From NCBI GenBank assembly GCA_903928015.1, contig CAIYPF010000143.1, forward strand, positions 66,980 through 130,979: 64,000 nucleotides of DNA, written 5' to 3'. This DNA is from an uncultured Gammaproteobacteria bacterium. Lineage in GTDB: Bacteria; Pseudomonadota; Gammaproteobacteria; Pseudomonadales; UBA5518. The notes below the pieces were generated by a model. That model did not search any database and was not told where the DNA came from. It was given only the letters and a program-made list of their open reading frames with translations. A program made the translations under genes and the position numbers. Shown piece after piece: positions 1 through 10,253 of this stretch. How positions within the stretch are numbered: position 1 is the stretch's first letter; every line of letters begins with the position of its first letter.

Positions 1-2067
1 AACCGCATGATCGTGACCGCCATGGGCGTCAACTTCGGTGAAGACGACGGCGGGAGCGGCGAGCGAGTGCTCCACTACCACGAAGCACAGGCGCGCGGCG
101 GCGTGGCGCTGATCATCTCGGGCGCCTGCGGCGTGGCCTATCCCGTTGGCCAGGTGCAGCCCTGGCAGGTCGCGATCTCGGATGACCGCTACATCCCGGG
201 GCTGCGGAAAGTGGTAGAGGCCGTTCACAAGCACGGCGCGAAATTCGCCGTGCAACTTCATCAGGGCGGTCTGGTCGCAGGCGACGACACACGCGCCGGC
301 AGACCGCAGTGGTGTCCTTCGGTGCCCGAGCCCATGAAGGGGGATTTCGTCGATGGCTTCCTGCTGCCCGAGTTGCAGGCCTTCGCCAGCGCGGGAGTGC
401 CGAGCTACAAGGTGCTGACGCACGAAGACATCCAGGTGGTGGTCGGGCAGTACGCAGCCGGGGCGCGCCGCGCCAAGGAAGCCGGCTGCGACGGCGTCGA
501 GATCCATGGCGGCCACGGATATCTCCTCTCCTCCTTCCTCTCACCCAAGACCAACAAGCGCACGGACGAGTACGGCGGCAGCACCGAAAACCGCTCGCGC
601 TTCCTGATCGAAGTTGTGCGCGCCGTGCGCGCAGCGGTGGGCCCTGACTTCGCCGTCTGGGTGAAGCTCGACTCGCGCGAAGTGGGCAAGGAAGGCGGCA
701 TCACGCTGGAGCACGCCAAGGTCACGGCACGCCTGGTGGAAGACGCCGGCGCCGATGCAATCACCGTAAGCGCCTACCACGACACCGGCCAGGGCAAACT
801 GCACTCGGCCTCGAACATCCCGCACGAGCCCAACTGGAACCTGCCCGCGGCGCAGGCGATCCGCGAGCTGGTGTCGATTCCCGTGATCGCCTCCGGGCGC
901 GTGGAGCCCGCGCACGCCGACGCCGAAATCGCAGCCGGACATTTCGATTTCCTGGCCATGGGTCGCAAGCTGCTTGCAGACCCGGAATTGCCGAAGAAAC
1001 TCGCTGAAGGCCGCGAGGAGGACGTACGCCCCTGCGTCTATTGCTACACCTGCGTCAGCAAGATCTACACACTGGAAGCCACCTGCTGTGCGGTGCATCC
1101 GGAACTCGGCATCGAGTACCTGCGCCTCGACCCACCGAAGCCCTCCGTTGCCAAGCGCGTCGCCGTGATCGGCGGCGGCCCGGGCGGGATGGAATCTGCG
1201 CGGCGTCTGGCGCGGGACGGCCATCAGGTCGTGCTCTTCGAGAAAAGCGATCGTCTCGGCGGCACGCTGCGCTTCGCCTCGCTTGCCTACGCCGCGAACG
1301 AGCGCCTGCTCGACTGGCTGCGCGCACGGGTGGAGGAATCCAGCGTGCAGCTGCGCCTCTCCTCCGAGGCCACGCCCGCCGTACTCGCCGAGTTGCGCAT
1401 CGACGAAGTCGTAGTGGCCACGGGCGCGCGCCGCGACATGCCCGCCATCCCCGGTTCCGACCTGCCACACGTCTTCAGCGGCGATGACATGCGCCGCATG
1501 ATGCTTGGAGAGAACTCCGAGTCACTCGCGGGCAAGACATCGCTGCTGACGCGCATCGCCACCAGGGCGGGTGCTGCCACAGGCCTCACGGCAAACCTCG
1601 ATTTCGTGCGCAAAGCCACCCGTACCTGGATGCCGCTGGGCGACAAGGTCGTGATCATCGGCGGCGAACTGGTGGGGCTCGAGCTTGCGGAATTCCTCGC
1701 AGAGCGCGGACGCACCGTGACCGTGGTGGACGATCAGCCGCGCCTTGGCGCGGGGCTCACGCTGGTGCGCAGGCTGCGCCTGCTGACAGAGCTGCGTGAG
1801 CATGGTCTCGGCCTGCACGCGGGCGTGACGGGCATCCGCATCGAGGCGGGACGTGTGTGCTTCACGGCGAAGGACGGCAGCGAGAAGTCAGTGGACGCAG
1901 ACCACGTGATCGTGGCCAAGGGCGCTACAGGCGATCTGTCGCAGGCCGAGGCCTTCCGTGCCGCGGGCTTCCGTGTGCACGAGGTGGGAGACTGCCGCGG
2001 CGTGGGCTACATCGAGGGCGCCATGCGCAGCGCGATGGAGGCGGTGGATGCGGTGAACGCGGGCTGA
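1..2067 (+). CDS. NADH:flavin oxidoreductase / 2,4-dienoyl-CoA reductase-like flavoprotein (5' end outside window)
   Basis: Frame 1 is open to the window edge. It has the OYE-type TIM-barrel motif HGGHGYLLSSFLSPKTNKRTDEYGGSTENRSRF and the Cys cluster CVYCYTC..CC. Two Rossmann motifs follow (VAVIGGGPGGME and VVIIGGELVGLE), which is FadH-like architecture. Confidence 0.8.
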   Translation, partial: NRMIVTAMGVNFGEDDGGSGERVLHYHEAQARGGVALIISGACGVAYPVGQVQPWQVAISDDRYIPGLRKVVEAVHKHGAKFAVQLHQGGLVAGDDTRAGRPQWCPSVPEPMKGDFVDGFLLPELQAFASAGVPSYKVLTHEDIQVVVGQYAAGARRAKEAGCDGVEIHGGHGYLLSSFLSPKTNKRTDEYGGSTENRSRFLIEVVRAVRAAVGPDFAVWVKLDSREVGKEGGITLEHAKVTARLVEDAGADAITVSAYHDTGQGKLHSASNIPHEPNWNLPAAQAIRELVSIPVIASGRVEPAHADAEIAAGHFDFLAMGRKLLADPELPKKLAEGREEDVRPCVYCYTCVSKIYTLEATCCAVHPELGIEYLRLDPPKPSVAKRVAVIGGGPGGMESARRLARDGHQVVLFEKSDRLGGTLRFASLAYAANERLLDWLRARVEESSVQLRLSSEATPAVLAELRIDEVVVATGARRDMPAIPGSDLPHVFSGDDMRRMMLGENSESLAGKTSLLTRIATRAGAATGLTANLDFVRKATRTWMPLGDKVVIIGGELVGLELAEFLAERGRTVTVVDDQPRLGAGLTLVRRLRLLTELREHGLGLHAGVTGIRIEAGRVCFTAKDGSEKSVDADHVIVAKGATGDLSQAEAFRAAGFRVHEVGDCRGVGYIEGAMRSAMEAVDAVNAG

Positions 2068-2219
2068 GGCTGGCCGTCGTTTGACGGCTGCCCGCAGCCC
2101 GCCCAAACGGGGTGACGCCACGCCCCCCTCCGTGAGAAAGTTCCGCCCCGGGACGTCCTGCCCTCCCGCCGCCACCGGGAACGTCCCGATACCAAGACAA
2201 ACGCCGGAGATTGCGCCAC

Positions 2220-3386
2220 ATGATTCTCTTCCCCCGCCGACTCATCCCGGCGCTGCTGTGCATTGGCTTTATCGGCGCCTGCTCCCGCGGGGGAGCCCCT
2301 GAAGCACCAACGCCCGAGGTCTACGTCACGCCGGTGATCGCGCAGGACGTACCGGTCCACATGGAGCTGGTGGGCCAGACGCGCGGCTCTCAGGACGTAC
2401 AGATCCGCGCCCGCGTCGAGGGCTTCCTCGAGACCATGTCTTTCACCGAAGGCACCTTCGTCGCCAAGGGCACCCCGCTCTACCGCATCGACCCGCGCCC
2501 CCTCGAGACCGCAGTCGCGCAGGCCAAAGCCAACCTCGCGAGCCAGCAGGCCCACCTCGACCAGGCCTCGGTGGCATCCAAGCGCCTCAAGCCGCTCGCG
2601 GCCCAGGAAGCGGTGAGCTTGCAGGAGCTCGATAACGCGCTAGGCAACGAGAGCGCCGCCCTTGCCCAGCGTGATGCGGCCAAGGCGGCACTGGACAAGG
2701 CCGTGCTGGACCTCTCTTACACCAACATCACCTCACCGGTGGACGGCGTGGTAGGCACCACCATGGTGATGGTGGGCAACCTCGTCGGCCGCGGCGAGAG
2801 CACCTTGCTCACCACCGTCTCGCAGGTGGACCCCATCCTCTTCCGTGCCGGCATCAGCGAGTCCGAGTACCTCCGCTTCGCACGGCACTTCAAGGAGACC
2901 GGCACCAGACCCGGTGAAAACGACGTCCCCATCGAGCTTCTGCTTGCCGACGGGACCGTGCACCGCTATCCCGGCAAACTCGACGGCGTGGAGCGGGCGG
3001 TAGATGCCACCACCGGCACGCTGGCCTTGCAGTTCGCCTTCCCCAACCCCGAGCGTCTGGTGCGTCCGGGGCAGTTCGGACGTGCGCGCATCCAGTGGGA
3101 ACTGTTGCGCAACGCGCTGCTGGTACCGCAACGCGCGGTACAGGAACTCCAGAACCTCCACACCGTGGCCGTCGTCGGCAGCGACAACAAGGTCTCGATG
3201 CGCACGGTCAAGGTCGGACCACGCGTCGGCAGCCTGTGGGTCATCGAGTCGGGGCTGCAGGCCGGGGAAAAGGTTGTGTCCGGCGGCTTGCAGCGGCTTC
3301 GTGAGGGCGTGACCGTCCACGCGACGCCGGCGCCGGCGACGCCGGATGATTCCGGCGCAGAGCCCACCAGCGCGAGCGGGGGCTGA
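2220..3386 (+). CDS. RND efflux periplasmic adaptor (membrane fusion protein, AcrA/MexA-like lipoprotein)
   Basis: It has a lipoprotein signal with lipobox (LLCIGFIGAC) and a coiled-coil region rich in A/Q/L, with HlyD-like C-terminal barrel sequence. GGAG lies 10 nt upstream of ATG 2220; the track's TTG 2211 is less likely. It sits immediately upstream of the RND pump. Confidence 0.9.
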   Translation: MILFPRRLIPALLCIGFIGACSRGGAPEAPTPEVYVTPVIAQDVPVHMELVGQTRGSQDVQIRARVEGFLETMSFTEGTFVAKGTPLYRIDPRPLETAVAQAKANLASQQAHLDQASVASKRLKPLAAQEAVSLQELDNALGNESAALAQRDAAKAALDKAVLDLSYTNITSPVDGVVGTTMVMVGNLVGRGESTLLTTVSQVDPILFRAGISESEYLRFARHFKETGTRPGENDVPIELLLADGTVHRYPGKLDGVERAVDATTGTLALQFAFPNPERLVRPGQFGRARIQWELLRNALLVPQRAVQELQNLHTVAVVGSDNKVSMRTVKVGPRVGSLWVIESGLQAGEKVVSGGLQRLREGVTVHATPAPATPDDSGAEPTSASGG

Positions 3387-3393
3387 AGCAGCC

Positions 3394-6300
3394 ATGTCAT
3401 CCTTTTTCGTCGACCGCCCCATCGTAGCGATGGTGATCTCGATCGTGATGGTGCTGCTGGGCGCCGTTGCCATGTCGGGACTGCCTATCGCCCAGTACCC
3501 GGAAATCGTTCCGCCGATGGTGCAGGTGAGCACCAGTTTCACGGGTGCCAGCGCCACGGACGTAGAGGCGTCCATCGCCACGCCGCTCGAGCAGAAGATG
3601 AACGGCGTCGAAAACATGATCTACATGAAGTCGACCAACGCCAACGACGGCACCTTCACGCTCAAGGTGAGCTTCGAAGTCGGCACTGACCTCGACATGG
3701 CGAACGTGCTCACGCAGAACCGCGTATCCGAAGCCATGCCGGCGCTCCCGCAGGCGGTGAAGAACGTGGGCGTCTCGGTGAAGAAATCGCTGTCCTTCCC
3801 GCTGCTCATCATTTCCCTCAAATCCCCCAACGGGAGCTATGACAGCAGCTTCCTGTCGAACTACGCGAGCCTGAACATCACCGACAGCCTTGCGCGCATA
3901 CCTGGCGTAGGACAGGTGAACCTCTTCGGAGGCAGCGACTACGCGATGCGCATCTGGCTGCGCCCGGACCGCATTGCCAATCTGGGCATCACGGTGCCCG
4001 ACATCGTGAACGCGATATCGCTGCAGAACACGCTGAGCCCGGCCGGCCAGATCGGCGGGGCCCCGGCTGCGGCAGGCACCGAGTACACCTACACGGTGAA
4101 GACCCAGGGCCGTCTGCTGAACGAGGAAGAGTTCGGCAATGTGATCGTGCGCTCGAACTCCGACGGCTCGCAGGTGCTGCTGCGCGATGTGGCGCGCATA
4201 GAACTGGGCACGCAACTCTACAACTCGATCGGGCGCTACAACGGCAAGCCCGGCGCCATCATGGCGATCTACCAGATCCCCGGCACCAATGCGCTCGAGG
4301 TCGCGAACAAAGTCCGCGCCGAAATGGAAAACCTCTCCGGGACGTTCCCGCAGGACCTGGGCTACACGGTGTCGCTGGACACCACGCTGCCCGTGAGCGA
4401 GGGCATAAAGGAGATCGTGCACACGCTCTTCGAGGCCATCGTGCTGGTGATCCTCGTCGTGTTCGTGTTCCTGCAGAACTGGCGGGCCACGCTGATTCCG
4501 CTGCTTACGGTGCCCGTATCGCTCGTCGGCGCCTTCATGTTCTTTCCGCTGCTCGGCTTCTCGATCAACGTGCTCTCGCTGCTCGGCCTGGTGCTGGCCA
4601 TCGGCATCGTGGTCGATGACGCGATCGTGGTGGTCGAAGCCGTCATGCACCACATCGAGAAAGGCCTGTCGCCGCGCGATGCCACGCTCAAGGCGATGAA
4701 AGAGGTCTCGGGGCCGGTGGTGGCGATCGCGCTGATCCTCGCGGCGGTATTCATTCCCGTGGCCTTCATTCCCGGCATCACGGGGCGCTTTTACCAGCAG
4801 TTCGCGATCACCATCGCCCTGTCGGTTCTGCTGTCGGCGTTCAATGCACTCACCCTGTCCCCGGCACTCGCGGCCAAGTTGCTCAAGCCGACCCATGGCG
4901 AGAAGACCTGGCTCACGCCCTTCTACGATCGCTTCAACGCGATCTTCGGACGTGGCACCGACAGATACGTGGGCTTCACACGCGTACTCGTGGGCAAACT
5001 CGGGCGCAGCCTCTTCCTGATCGGCGGCATCGTAGCGCTGGTGGCGCTGCTCGCATCCCGGGTACCTACCGGCTTCGTACCGGACGAAGACCAGGGCTTC
5101 CTGCTGGTAAACCTCATGCTCCCCGATGCCTCGTCGCTGGAGCGCACCGACGCCGTGATGCGCAAGGTCGAGCAGGTGCTGGGAGCGGAGGAGAGGGTCC
5201 AGGGTTTCAACACCGTGACCGGTTTCAGCCTGATCGCAGGCTCCTATTCCCCGAACATGGGATTCGTCTTCGTGCAGTTGAAGGAGTGGGGGGAGCGACC
5301 CGGTCTGAAGAACCACGCGCTACTGATCGCGCAGGAACTGAACCGCCGCTTCGCGGCACAGATCCCGGAAGCGGTGGTCATGGCATTCCCGCCGCCGCCC
5401 ATACCCGGACTCGGCGTGGGCTCCGGTTTCACCATGCAGCTGCAGGACCGCGGCGGCCGTCCACCGCAGTTCCTCGCGGAACAGGCACAGCGGTTCATCG
5501 CGGCCGCGCACGAGCGCCCCGAGATCGGGCGCATCCAGACCGCCTTCCGCTCGAGCGTGCCGCAGATCTACGCCGAGGTCGACCGTGGCAAGGTGCTGAA
5601 AAGCGGCGTGCCGCTGTCGGATGTGAACACCACACTGGGCGCCCTGCTCGGCAGTTCCTACGTGAATGACTTCAACCGCTTCGGGCGCGTCTACAAGGTC
5701 TATGTGCAGGCGGAACCGGAGTACCGGCGTGACCCGGAACAGCTGGGCCTGTTCTTCGTGCGCAGCCAGAGTGGCCAGATGGTGCCGCTGGACACGCTGG
5801 TCAGTACCAGCCCCACCACCGGACCCGAATTCACCAACCGGTTCAACCTCTACCGCTCCGCGGAAATCACCGGTGCGCCCGCACCCGGCTACAGCAGCGG
5901 CGACGCGATGCGGGCACTGGAAGAAGTGGCTGCAGACGTGCTGCCGGACGGTGTCACGCAGACCTGGTCGGATGTCTCGTACCAGGAGAAGGTGGCCCCG
6001 AATCCGCTGCCCGTGTTCGCAGTGGCGATCCTGCTGGTGTTCCTGGTGCTGGCGGCACAGTACGAGAGCTGGTCCCTGCCCTTCAGCGTGCTGCTGGGCA
6101 CGCCCTTCGCGATCTTCGGCGCCTTCTTCGGGCTATGGGCCGCGGGCCTGGTCGTGCCGCCCATTTACGTGAACAACATCTTCGCGCAGATAGGGCTGAT
6201 CATGCTGATAGGCCTCGCGGCCAAGAACGCGATATTGATCGTGGAATTCGCGCGCATGCTGCAGCAGGAAGGTCGCGATGCCACCAGCGCGGTGCTCGAG

Positions 6301-6558
6301 TCCGCACGGCTGCGCTTCAGGCCCATCCTGATGACCGCCTTCGCCTTCATCCTCGGCGTGGTCCCCTTGCTCACTGCAGGCGGTGCCGGTGCGTTCTCCC
6401 GGCGCGTGATGGGCATGACGGTGTTCTCGGGAATGTTGTTTGCGACGATGCTCGGTGTGTGCCTGGTGCCGGTGCTGTATGTGATGGTGGAACGCCTCAC
6501 CGGCAGCAAGGACAATAAACCCGCAGTCCAGCCGGCCAGCACAGGAGGCCACCCATGA
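3394..6558 (+). CDS. RND multidrug/hydrophobe efflux permease (AcrB/MexB family)
   Basis: The N-terminus MSSFFVDRPIVAMVISIVMVLLG is typical of AcrB. It encodes about 1050 aa with two large periplasmic loops and 12 predicted TM segments. I chose ATG 3394; the track start 3346 overlaps the adaptor gene. Confidence 0.95.
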   Translation: MSSFFVDRPIVAMVISIVMVLLGAVAMSGLPIAQYPEIVPPMVQVSTSFTGASATDVEASIATPLEQKMNGVENMIYMKSTNANDGTFTLKVSFEVGTDLDMANVLTQNRVSEAMPALPQAVKNVGVSVKKSLSFPLLIISLKSPNGSYDSSFLSNYASLNITDSLARIPGVGQVNLFGGSDYAMRIWLRPDRIANLGITVPDIVNAISLQNTLSPAGQIGGAPAAAGTEYTYTVKTQGRLLNEEEFGNVIVRSNSDGSQVLLRDVARIELGTQLYNSIGRYNGKPGAIMAIYQIPGTNALEVANKVRAEMENLSGTFPQDLGYTVSLDTTLPVSEGIKEIVHTLFEAIVLVILVVFVFLQNWRATLIPLLTVPVSLVGAFMFFPLLGFSINVLSLLGLVLAIGIVVDDAIVVVEAVMHHIEKGLSPRDATLKAMKEVSGPVVAIALILAAVFIPVAFIPGITGRFYQQFAITIALSVLLSAFNALTLSPALAAKLLKPTHGEKTWLTPFYDRFNAIFGRGTDRYVGFTRVLVGKLGRSLFLIGGIVALVALLASRVPTGFVPDEDQGFLLVNLMLPDASSLERTDAVMRKVEQVLGAEERVQGFNTVTGFSLIAGSYSPNMGFVFVQLKEWGERPGLKNHALLIAQELNRRFAAQIPEAVVMAFPPPPIPGLGVGSGFTMQLQDRGGRPPQFLAEQAQRFIAAAHERPEIGRIQTAFRSSVPQIYAEVDRGKVLKSGVPLSDVNTTLGALLGSSYVNDFNRFGRVYKVYVQAEPEYRRDPEQLGLFFVRSQSGQMVPLDTLVSTSPTTGPEFTNRFNLYRSAEITGAPAPGYSSGDAMRALEEVAADVLPDGVTQTWSDVSYQEKVAPNPLPVFAVAILLVFLVLAAQYESWSLPFSVLLGTPFAIFGAFFGLWAAGLVVPPIYVNNIFAQIGLIMLIGLAAKNAILIVEFARMLQQEGRDATSAVLESARLRFRPILMTAFAFILGVVPLLTAGGAGAFSRRVMGMTVFSGMLFATMLGVCLVPVLYVMVERLTGSKDNKPAVQPASTGGHP

Positions 6559-7976
6559 GCGCGCGTCGTCGCGTGTGCCTGACGGCGGCCATGCTTTCGG
6601 GCCTCCTCACTGCCTGCACGCTCGGCCCGGATTACCAGCGGCCAGACGAGCCGGTGCCGGCGCGGTTCCGCGGGGCAATTGCCGAAGCAGACGCCGCCTC
6701 CATCGCCGATGCGGGCTGGTGGAGTCTCACCAAGGATCCCGTACTCCAGGCCCTGGTGCGCGAGGCCATTGCCAACAACCTCGATCTGGCCATGGCCACC
6801 GCACGGGTGACGGAAGCGCGCGCGCGCTACGGCATCGCCCGCTCGGCGCTGTTCCCCGAGTTGGGTGCAACCGGTGGCTACACCTCGCAGCGGAACTCGC
6901 GCATCACGGACCCGCCGCGCGGTGGCGCTGACCGGGCCTTCAACAACTACGACGCCGGACTGGCCGTGTCGTGGGAAGTGGATCTTTTCGGTGCCAATCG
7001 CCGCTCCTCCGAGGCCGCTCAGGCTGTCTATCTCTCCACCGAACAAGGTCGTCGCGCCGCGCTCGTCTCACTGGTAGCAGACGTCGCCTCCGCCTATGTG
7101 CTGATACGCGAACTTGACCTCCAGCTCGATGTGGCGAGAAAAACCGTCGCCGCCAACGAAGCGACCGTCGCCTACTACCGCAAACGCCTGGCGGGCGGGC
7201 TCTCGAACCGTCTCGAGGTCGACAGCGCACTCGCCAACCGTGCCCGCACTGCCGTACTGGTGCCGCAACTGGAACAGCAACTGGCATCTACCGAGAACGC
7301 ACTCAGCCTGCTGCTGGGACGCGTTCCGGGGTCAATCGACCGCGGTGTGGCGATGGAAGCCTTCGGCGCTCCGCCGGCGATACCTCCGGGGCTGCCCGCA
7401 GCGTTGCTCGAGCGTCGACCCGATGTACTCTCCGCAGAGCAGCAGTTGGTAGCGGCCAACGCCGACGTGGGCGCGGCGAAGGCGCTGTTCTTTCCGTCGA
7501 TCTCCATCACCGGTGTGCTGAACTCGGTGAGCGGTGATATCTCGGGGCTTCTCGACAGCGGTTCAGGCGCCAACCAGTTGCGTCCCAGCCTGTTCGCCCC
7601 GCTGTTCCAGGGCGGACGCATCCTCAGCAACTACGAGGCAACCAAGGCGCGACGGGACCAGGCGCTCTACGGGTACCAAGAGACGGCGCTGAACGCCTAT
7701 CGCGAGGTCGCGGATGCGCTGGTGGCCGTGGACAAACTCGCCGTCGCCAGGCGTGAGCTCGAAGGGGGTGTCACTGCACTCGAGGATTCCTCGAAGCTCT
7801 CGCGGGCTCGCTACGAGGAGGGGCTGTCGAGTTATCTCGAGATCCTGAACGCCGACCAGCAACTGCTCGACCAGAAGCTCAATCTCGCCTCCGTACGGGG
7901 TGAGGAATTGCGCGCAATGATCGACCTGTACCGCGCACTCGGCGGCGGCTGGCAAACCGAAACGCCAACTCCATAG
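6555..7976 (+). CDS. Efflux outer-membrane factor lipoprotein (NodT/OprM family)
   Basis: ATGA overlaps the pump's stop codon, and AGGAGG lies upstream. It has the lipobox LLTAC followed by TLGPDYQRP, the hallmark N-terminus of NodT-family OMFs. The sequence has a two-repeat TolC-like organisation. Confidence 0.9.
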   Translation: MSARRRVCLTAAMLSGLLTACTLGPDYQRPDEPVPARFRGAIAEADAASIADAGWWSLTKDPVLQALVREAIANNLDLAMATARVTEARARYGIARSALFPELGATGGYTSQRNSRITDPPRGGADRAFNNYDAGLAVSWEVDLFGANRRSSEAAQAVYLSTEQGRRAALVSLVADVASAYVLIRELDLQLDVARKTVAANEATVAYYRKRLAGGLSNRLEVDSALANRARTAVLVPQLEQQLASTENALSLLLGRVPGSIDRGVAMEAFGAPPAIPPGLPAALLERRPDVLSAEQQLVAANADVGAAKALFFPSISITGVLNSVSGDISGLLDSGSGANQLRPSLFAPLFQGGRILSNYEATKARRDQALYGYQETALNAYREVADALVAVDKLAVARRELEGGVTALEDSSKLSRARYEEGLSSYLEILNADQQLLDQKLNLASVRGEELRAMIDLYRALGGGWQTETPTP

Positions 7977-8009
7977 GGCCCGCGAGACAGGGCCACCCGG
8001 AGCACACAC

Positions 8010-8984
8010 ATGACCGCAGTACCCCACACCCACCGCGACATCCTCGAAACAGCCGTGCAGGGCATGATGAGCACCATACGCCATGCGGACGGGCTTATCT
8101 CGACCAACCCCGTAGGTTTCGACTGGGATGGAGAACACGTGCGTATCAGCACGCTCAAATCCCGGGTGAAGTACGCCAACCTGCGCGCCAATCCGCAGAT
8201 CACCTTCTGTGTGGTCGACCCCCTGGCACCCACGCGATATATCGAGATTCGCGGGCACGCGGAACTCATCGACGATCCGGGCGGCGAGTTGAACCGGAAG
8301 ATCTATCGCCGACACACGGGCCAGGAATTCAACCTCGACGCCCCCGACGCCGAACGGGTCATCGTCAAGATCATCCCCAGTCAGGTATCAGCGCCCACAC
8401 TTTACGGCGGCAAGTTGGACCGCATCGCCACCGAGGTGCAGGTGCCTGGCGCTCTCGCCAGCCACACCGGTGTCCCGCAGGGTGACCCGCTCGCTGCGCT
8501 GCGCGCCAAGGATGCGATCCGGGAACGCCTGCACGATTATGTACGCGCGATGGACTGCATCGACGACGATCTGGGACGCTCCGTCTTCCACCCTGACGCA
8601 CCCGCCGATTACGGCGCCATCTACCAGGGCACAGGACACGGCTTCATTGATTTCGTGCATGCAGCACATGTGGGCATGCTGGCACACCAGCACCAGCTAG
8701 GGAGCATCGGCATAGTGGTGGACGGCGAGCGCGCAGCGAGCGAAGCCTATGTCACGGTGACGCTGCGGATGCGCTCACTCGAGGGCGTGCTGCAGGATTC
8801 CCGCAGCCATGGCCGTTACCTGGATCAGTGGGAACAACGCAACGGCCGCTGGGCGATCAGCTCGCGCCGGTATGTGCATCTGTTCGACGATCTCTATCCG
8901 GTGCATCTGCAGCAGTTCGTCACCGAGGGCAGTCGAGACCGCGAGGATCCGAGCTACGCGCTGCTCGCCGGCCGACGCGTGTAG
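8010..8984 (+). CDS. Fusion protein: PPOX-class (pyridoxamine 5'-phosphate oxidase-like / F420-type) N-domain plus SnoaL/NTF2-like C-domain
   Basis: The N-terminal half (GMMSTIRHADGLISTNPVGFDWDGEHVRISTLKSRVKYANLRANPQITFCVVDP...YIEIRGHAELIDD) looks like the PPOX split-barrel family. The C-terminal half (IRERLHDYVRAMDCIDDDL...GRYLDQWEQRNGRWAISSRRYV) looks like a SnoaL-like polyketide-cyclase fold. GGAG lies 7 nt upstream of the ATG. Confidence 0.6.
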   Translation: MTAVPHTHRDILETAVQGMMSTIRHADGLISTNPVGFDWDGEHVRISTLKSRVKYANLRANPQITFCVVDPLAPTRYIEIRGHAELIDDPGGELNRKIYRRHTGQEFNLDAPDAERVIVKIIPSQVSAPTLYGGKLDRIATEVQVPGALASHTGVPQGDPLAALRAKDAIRERLHDYVRAMDCIDDDLGRSVFHPDAPADYGAIYQGTGHGFIDFVHAAHVGMLAHQHQLGSIGIVVDGERAASEAYVTVTLRMRSLEGVLQDSRSHGRYLDQWEQRNGRWAISSRRYVHLFDDLYPVHLQQFVTEGSRDREDPSYALLAGRRV

Positions 8985-9008
8985 GGCCGGCACCGCCCTC
9001 TGTGCCGG

Positions 9009-9308
9009 CTAGCTATCTCCCCCGAGCCTCACCTCGATCCGGTTATCCGCCCGCGATCCCAGCCCGACCATCTCGTCAAAAGCACTGGCATGCGTGAGCG
9101 TGATGCTGACTGCTCCCGCTGCGGCAAGCGCCTCGCGCGCGGCGCCAAGGTTGCGGAACAGGGCCCGGGTACGCGGGTCCGAACCCAGCCAGAAGGTTCC
9201 TCTGGCGGTGTCCAGTTCGACGATGTAGAGGCCGCCCTCCAGCGAGTGGATGCGCGCAGCACGCAGGCCGCAAGAGAGCAGATCAGCCGATATCAGATAC
9301 CGGGACAC
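9009..9308 (-). CDS. Small conserved hypothetical protein (about 99 aa; from memory it resembles the DUF6482-type family)
   Basis: It has a GTG start 8 nt after a GAGGAG that lies inside the end of the upstream gene. The motifs IHSLEGGLYIVE and THASAFDEMVG recall a small gammaproteobacterial protein family. This assignment is from memory only. Confidence 0.5.
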   Translation of the reverse strand: MSRYLISADLLSCGLRAARIHSLEGGLYIVELDTARGTFWLGSDPRTRALFRNLGAAREALAAAGAVSITLTHASAFDEMVGLGSRADNRIEVRLGGDS

Positions 9309-9312
9309 CGCA

Positions 9313-10233
9313 TCAACTCCTCACGCCGCGCGCAGCGACTGTCCACGCCAAAAGCAGGATCGCGATGATCACTCCGTAAGCAACGAAACCGTAGATCCCG
9401 AGCCCGGGCATCACCCACAACAACAAGCCATCGTTACCAGCCGGAATCGCATGCGCTGCGCTCTCCAGCACGAACCCACCCGCGAGGCAGCGCGCCGCAC
9501 CCCGCAACGTCGGGGCTTCCGGTGTCCACTGCCCGGCCGCCAGGCAACTTACCACCGCGCCCACGAGGAGGGCGCACGCAAGCAGGACGCTGGAGGTGTC
9601 GACAGGGGTGCGGCCTGCACACGCGAGCGATGCGAGCGCAGCGTTGTAGCCCCAACCCGGCATCCGGTGCATGAGAATGCCTGCGAGGATACCGGCGATC
9701 ACGGTGTGGAAAATACGTGAGTCCAATTCCGCGTCACGCGTGGCGCGCGCGGAGCGGACCGTTACAACAACACATGCGAGCCACGCGCAAACGACGATCC
9801 ACAGCACACCCGCCCCCGGCGCCTGCACGAGCCGCGCATGCGCGGCGATCCCGGCGTGCGTGACGAGATCGATACGGGCCGCAAGGGCAATGCCCAGCAA
9901 GGTGAACAGGAAGTTCGTCTTGCCCCTGCCGAGGTAAAGAATGCTGCCGAGATAACACCCTCCGTTCAGGAGGGCGCCACCGGCCATCACCGCAGCAGCC
10001 AAGGCGACCTGCGCCAGCGCCGCATCACTGCCCGGCAATAGCGCACCCGCACCCTGCCGAAGGCAGAGAGCGAGCAGCACGAGACCGGTAGTGCCCGCAA
10101 CAATGCACTGCATGCGCAAACCGATGGCCCGGCCGGTGGACACCGCCTCCTGTGTCGCCGCGACGGCGCACATGCTGGCACGCGCCAGACACCAGCCAAG
10201 CCCTGCGACGACGGGAATCGGCCACAACTCCAT
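9313..10233 (-). CDS. Polytopic membrane protein, YeeE/YedE-like (putative sulfur-compound transport family)
   Basis: I trimmed this from the 562-aa track ORF to MELWPIPVVAGLGW (ATG 10233, GGGAG upstream). The protein is very hydrophobic with about 8-9 TM segments and contains a GGCYLGS motif. Confidence 0.55.
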   Translation of the reverse strand: MELWPIPVVAGLGWCLARASMCAVAATQEAVSTGRAIGLRMQCIVAGTTGLVLLALCLRQGAGALLPGSDAALAQVALAAAVMAGGALLNGGCYLGSILYLGRGKTNFLFTLLGIALAARIDLVTHAGIAAHARLVQAPGAGVLWIVVCAWLACVVVTVRSARATRDAELDSRIFHTVIAGILAGILMHRMPGWGYNAALASLACAGRTPVDTSSVLLACALLVGAVVSCLAAGQWTPEAPTLRGAARCLAGGFVLESAAHAIPAGNDGLLLWVMPGLGIYGFVAYGVIIAILLLAWTVAARGVRS

Positions 10234-10253
10234 AACACGCGACTCCCGAGAAC

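Noticed and set aside
3397-5316. Very long ORFs antisense to well-supported genes. Examples are 3397..5316(-) opposite the RND pump, 11303..13186(+) opposite the oxidoreductase, 43016..44875(+) opposite thrS, 49333..51279(+) opposite uvrB, 30852..32366(-), 22961..24013(-) and 18378..19892(+).
   Set aside because: Their translations are Arg/Ala/Gly/His-rich and low-complexity with no recognisable motifs, while the opposite strand encodes canonical proteins. Long stop-free antisense frames are expected in GC-rich DNA.
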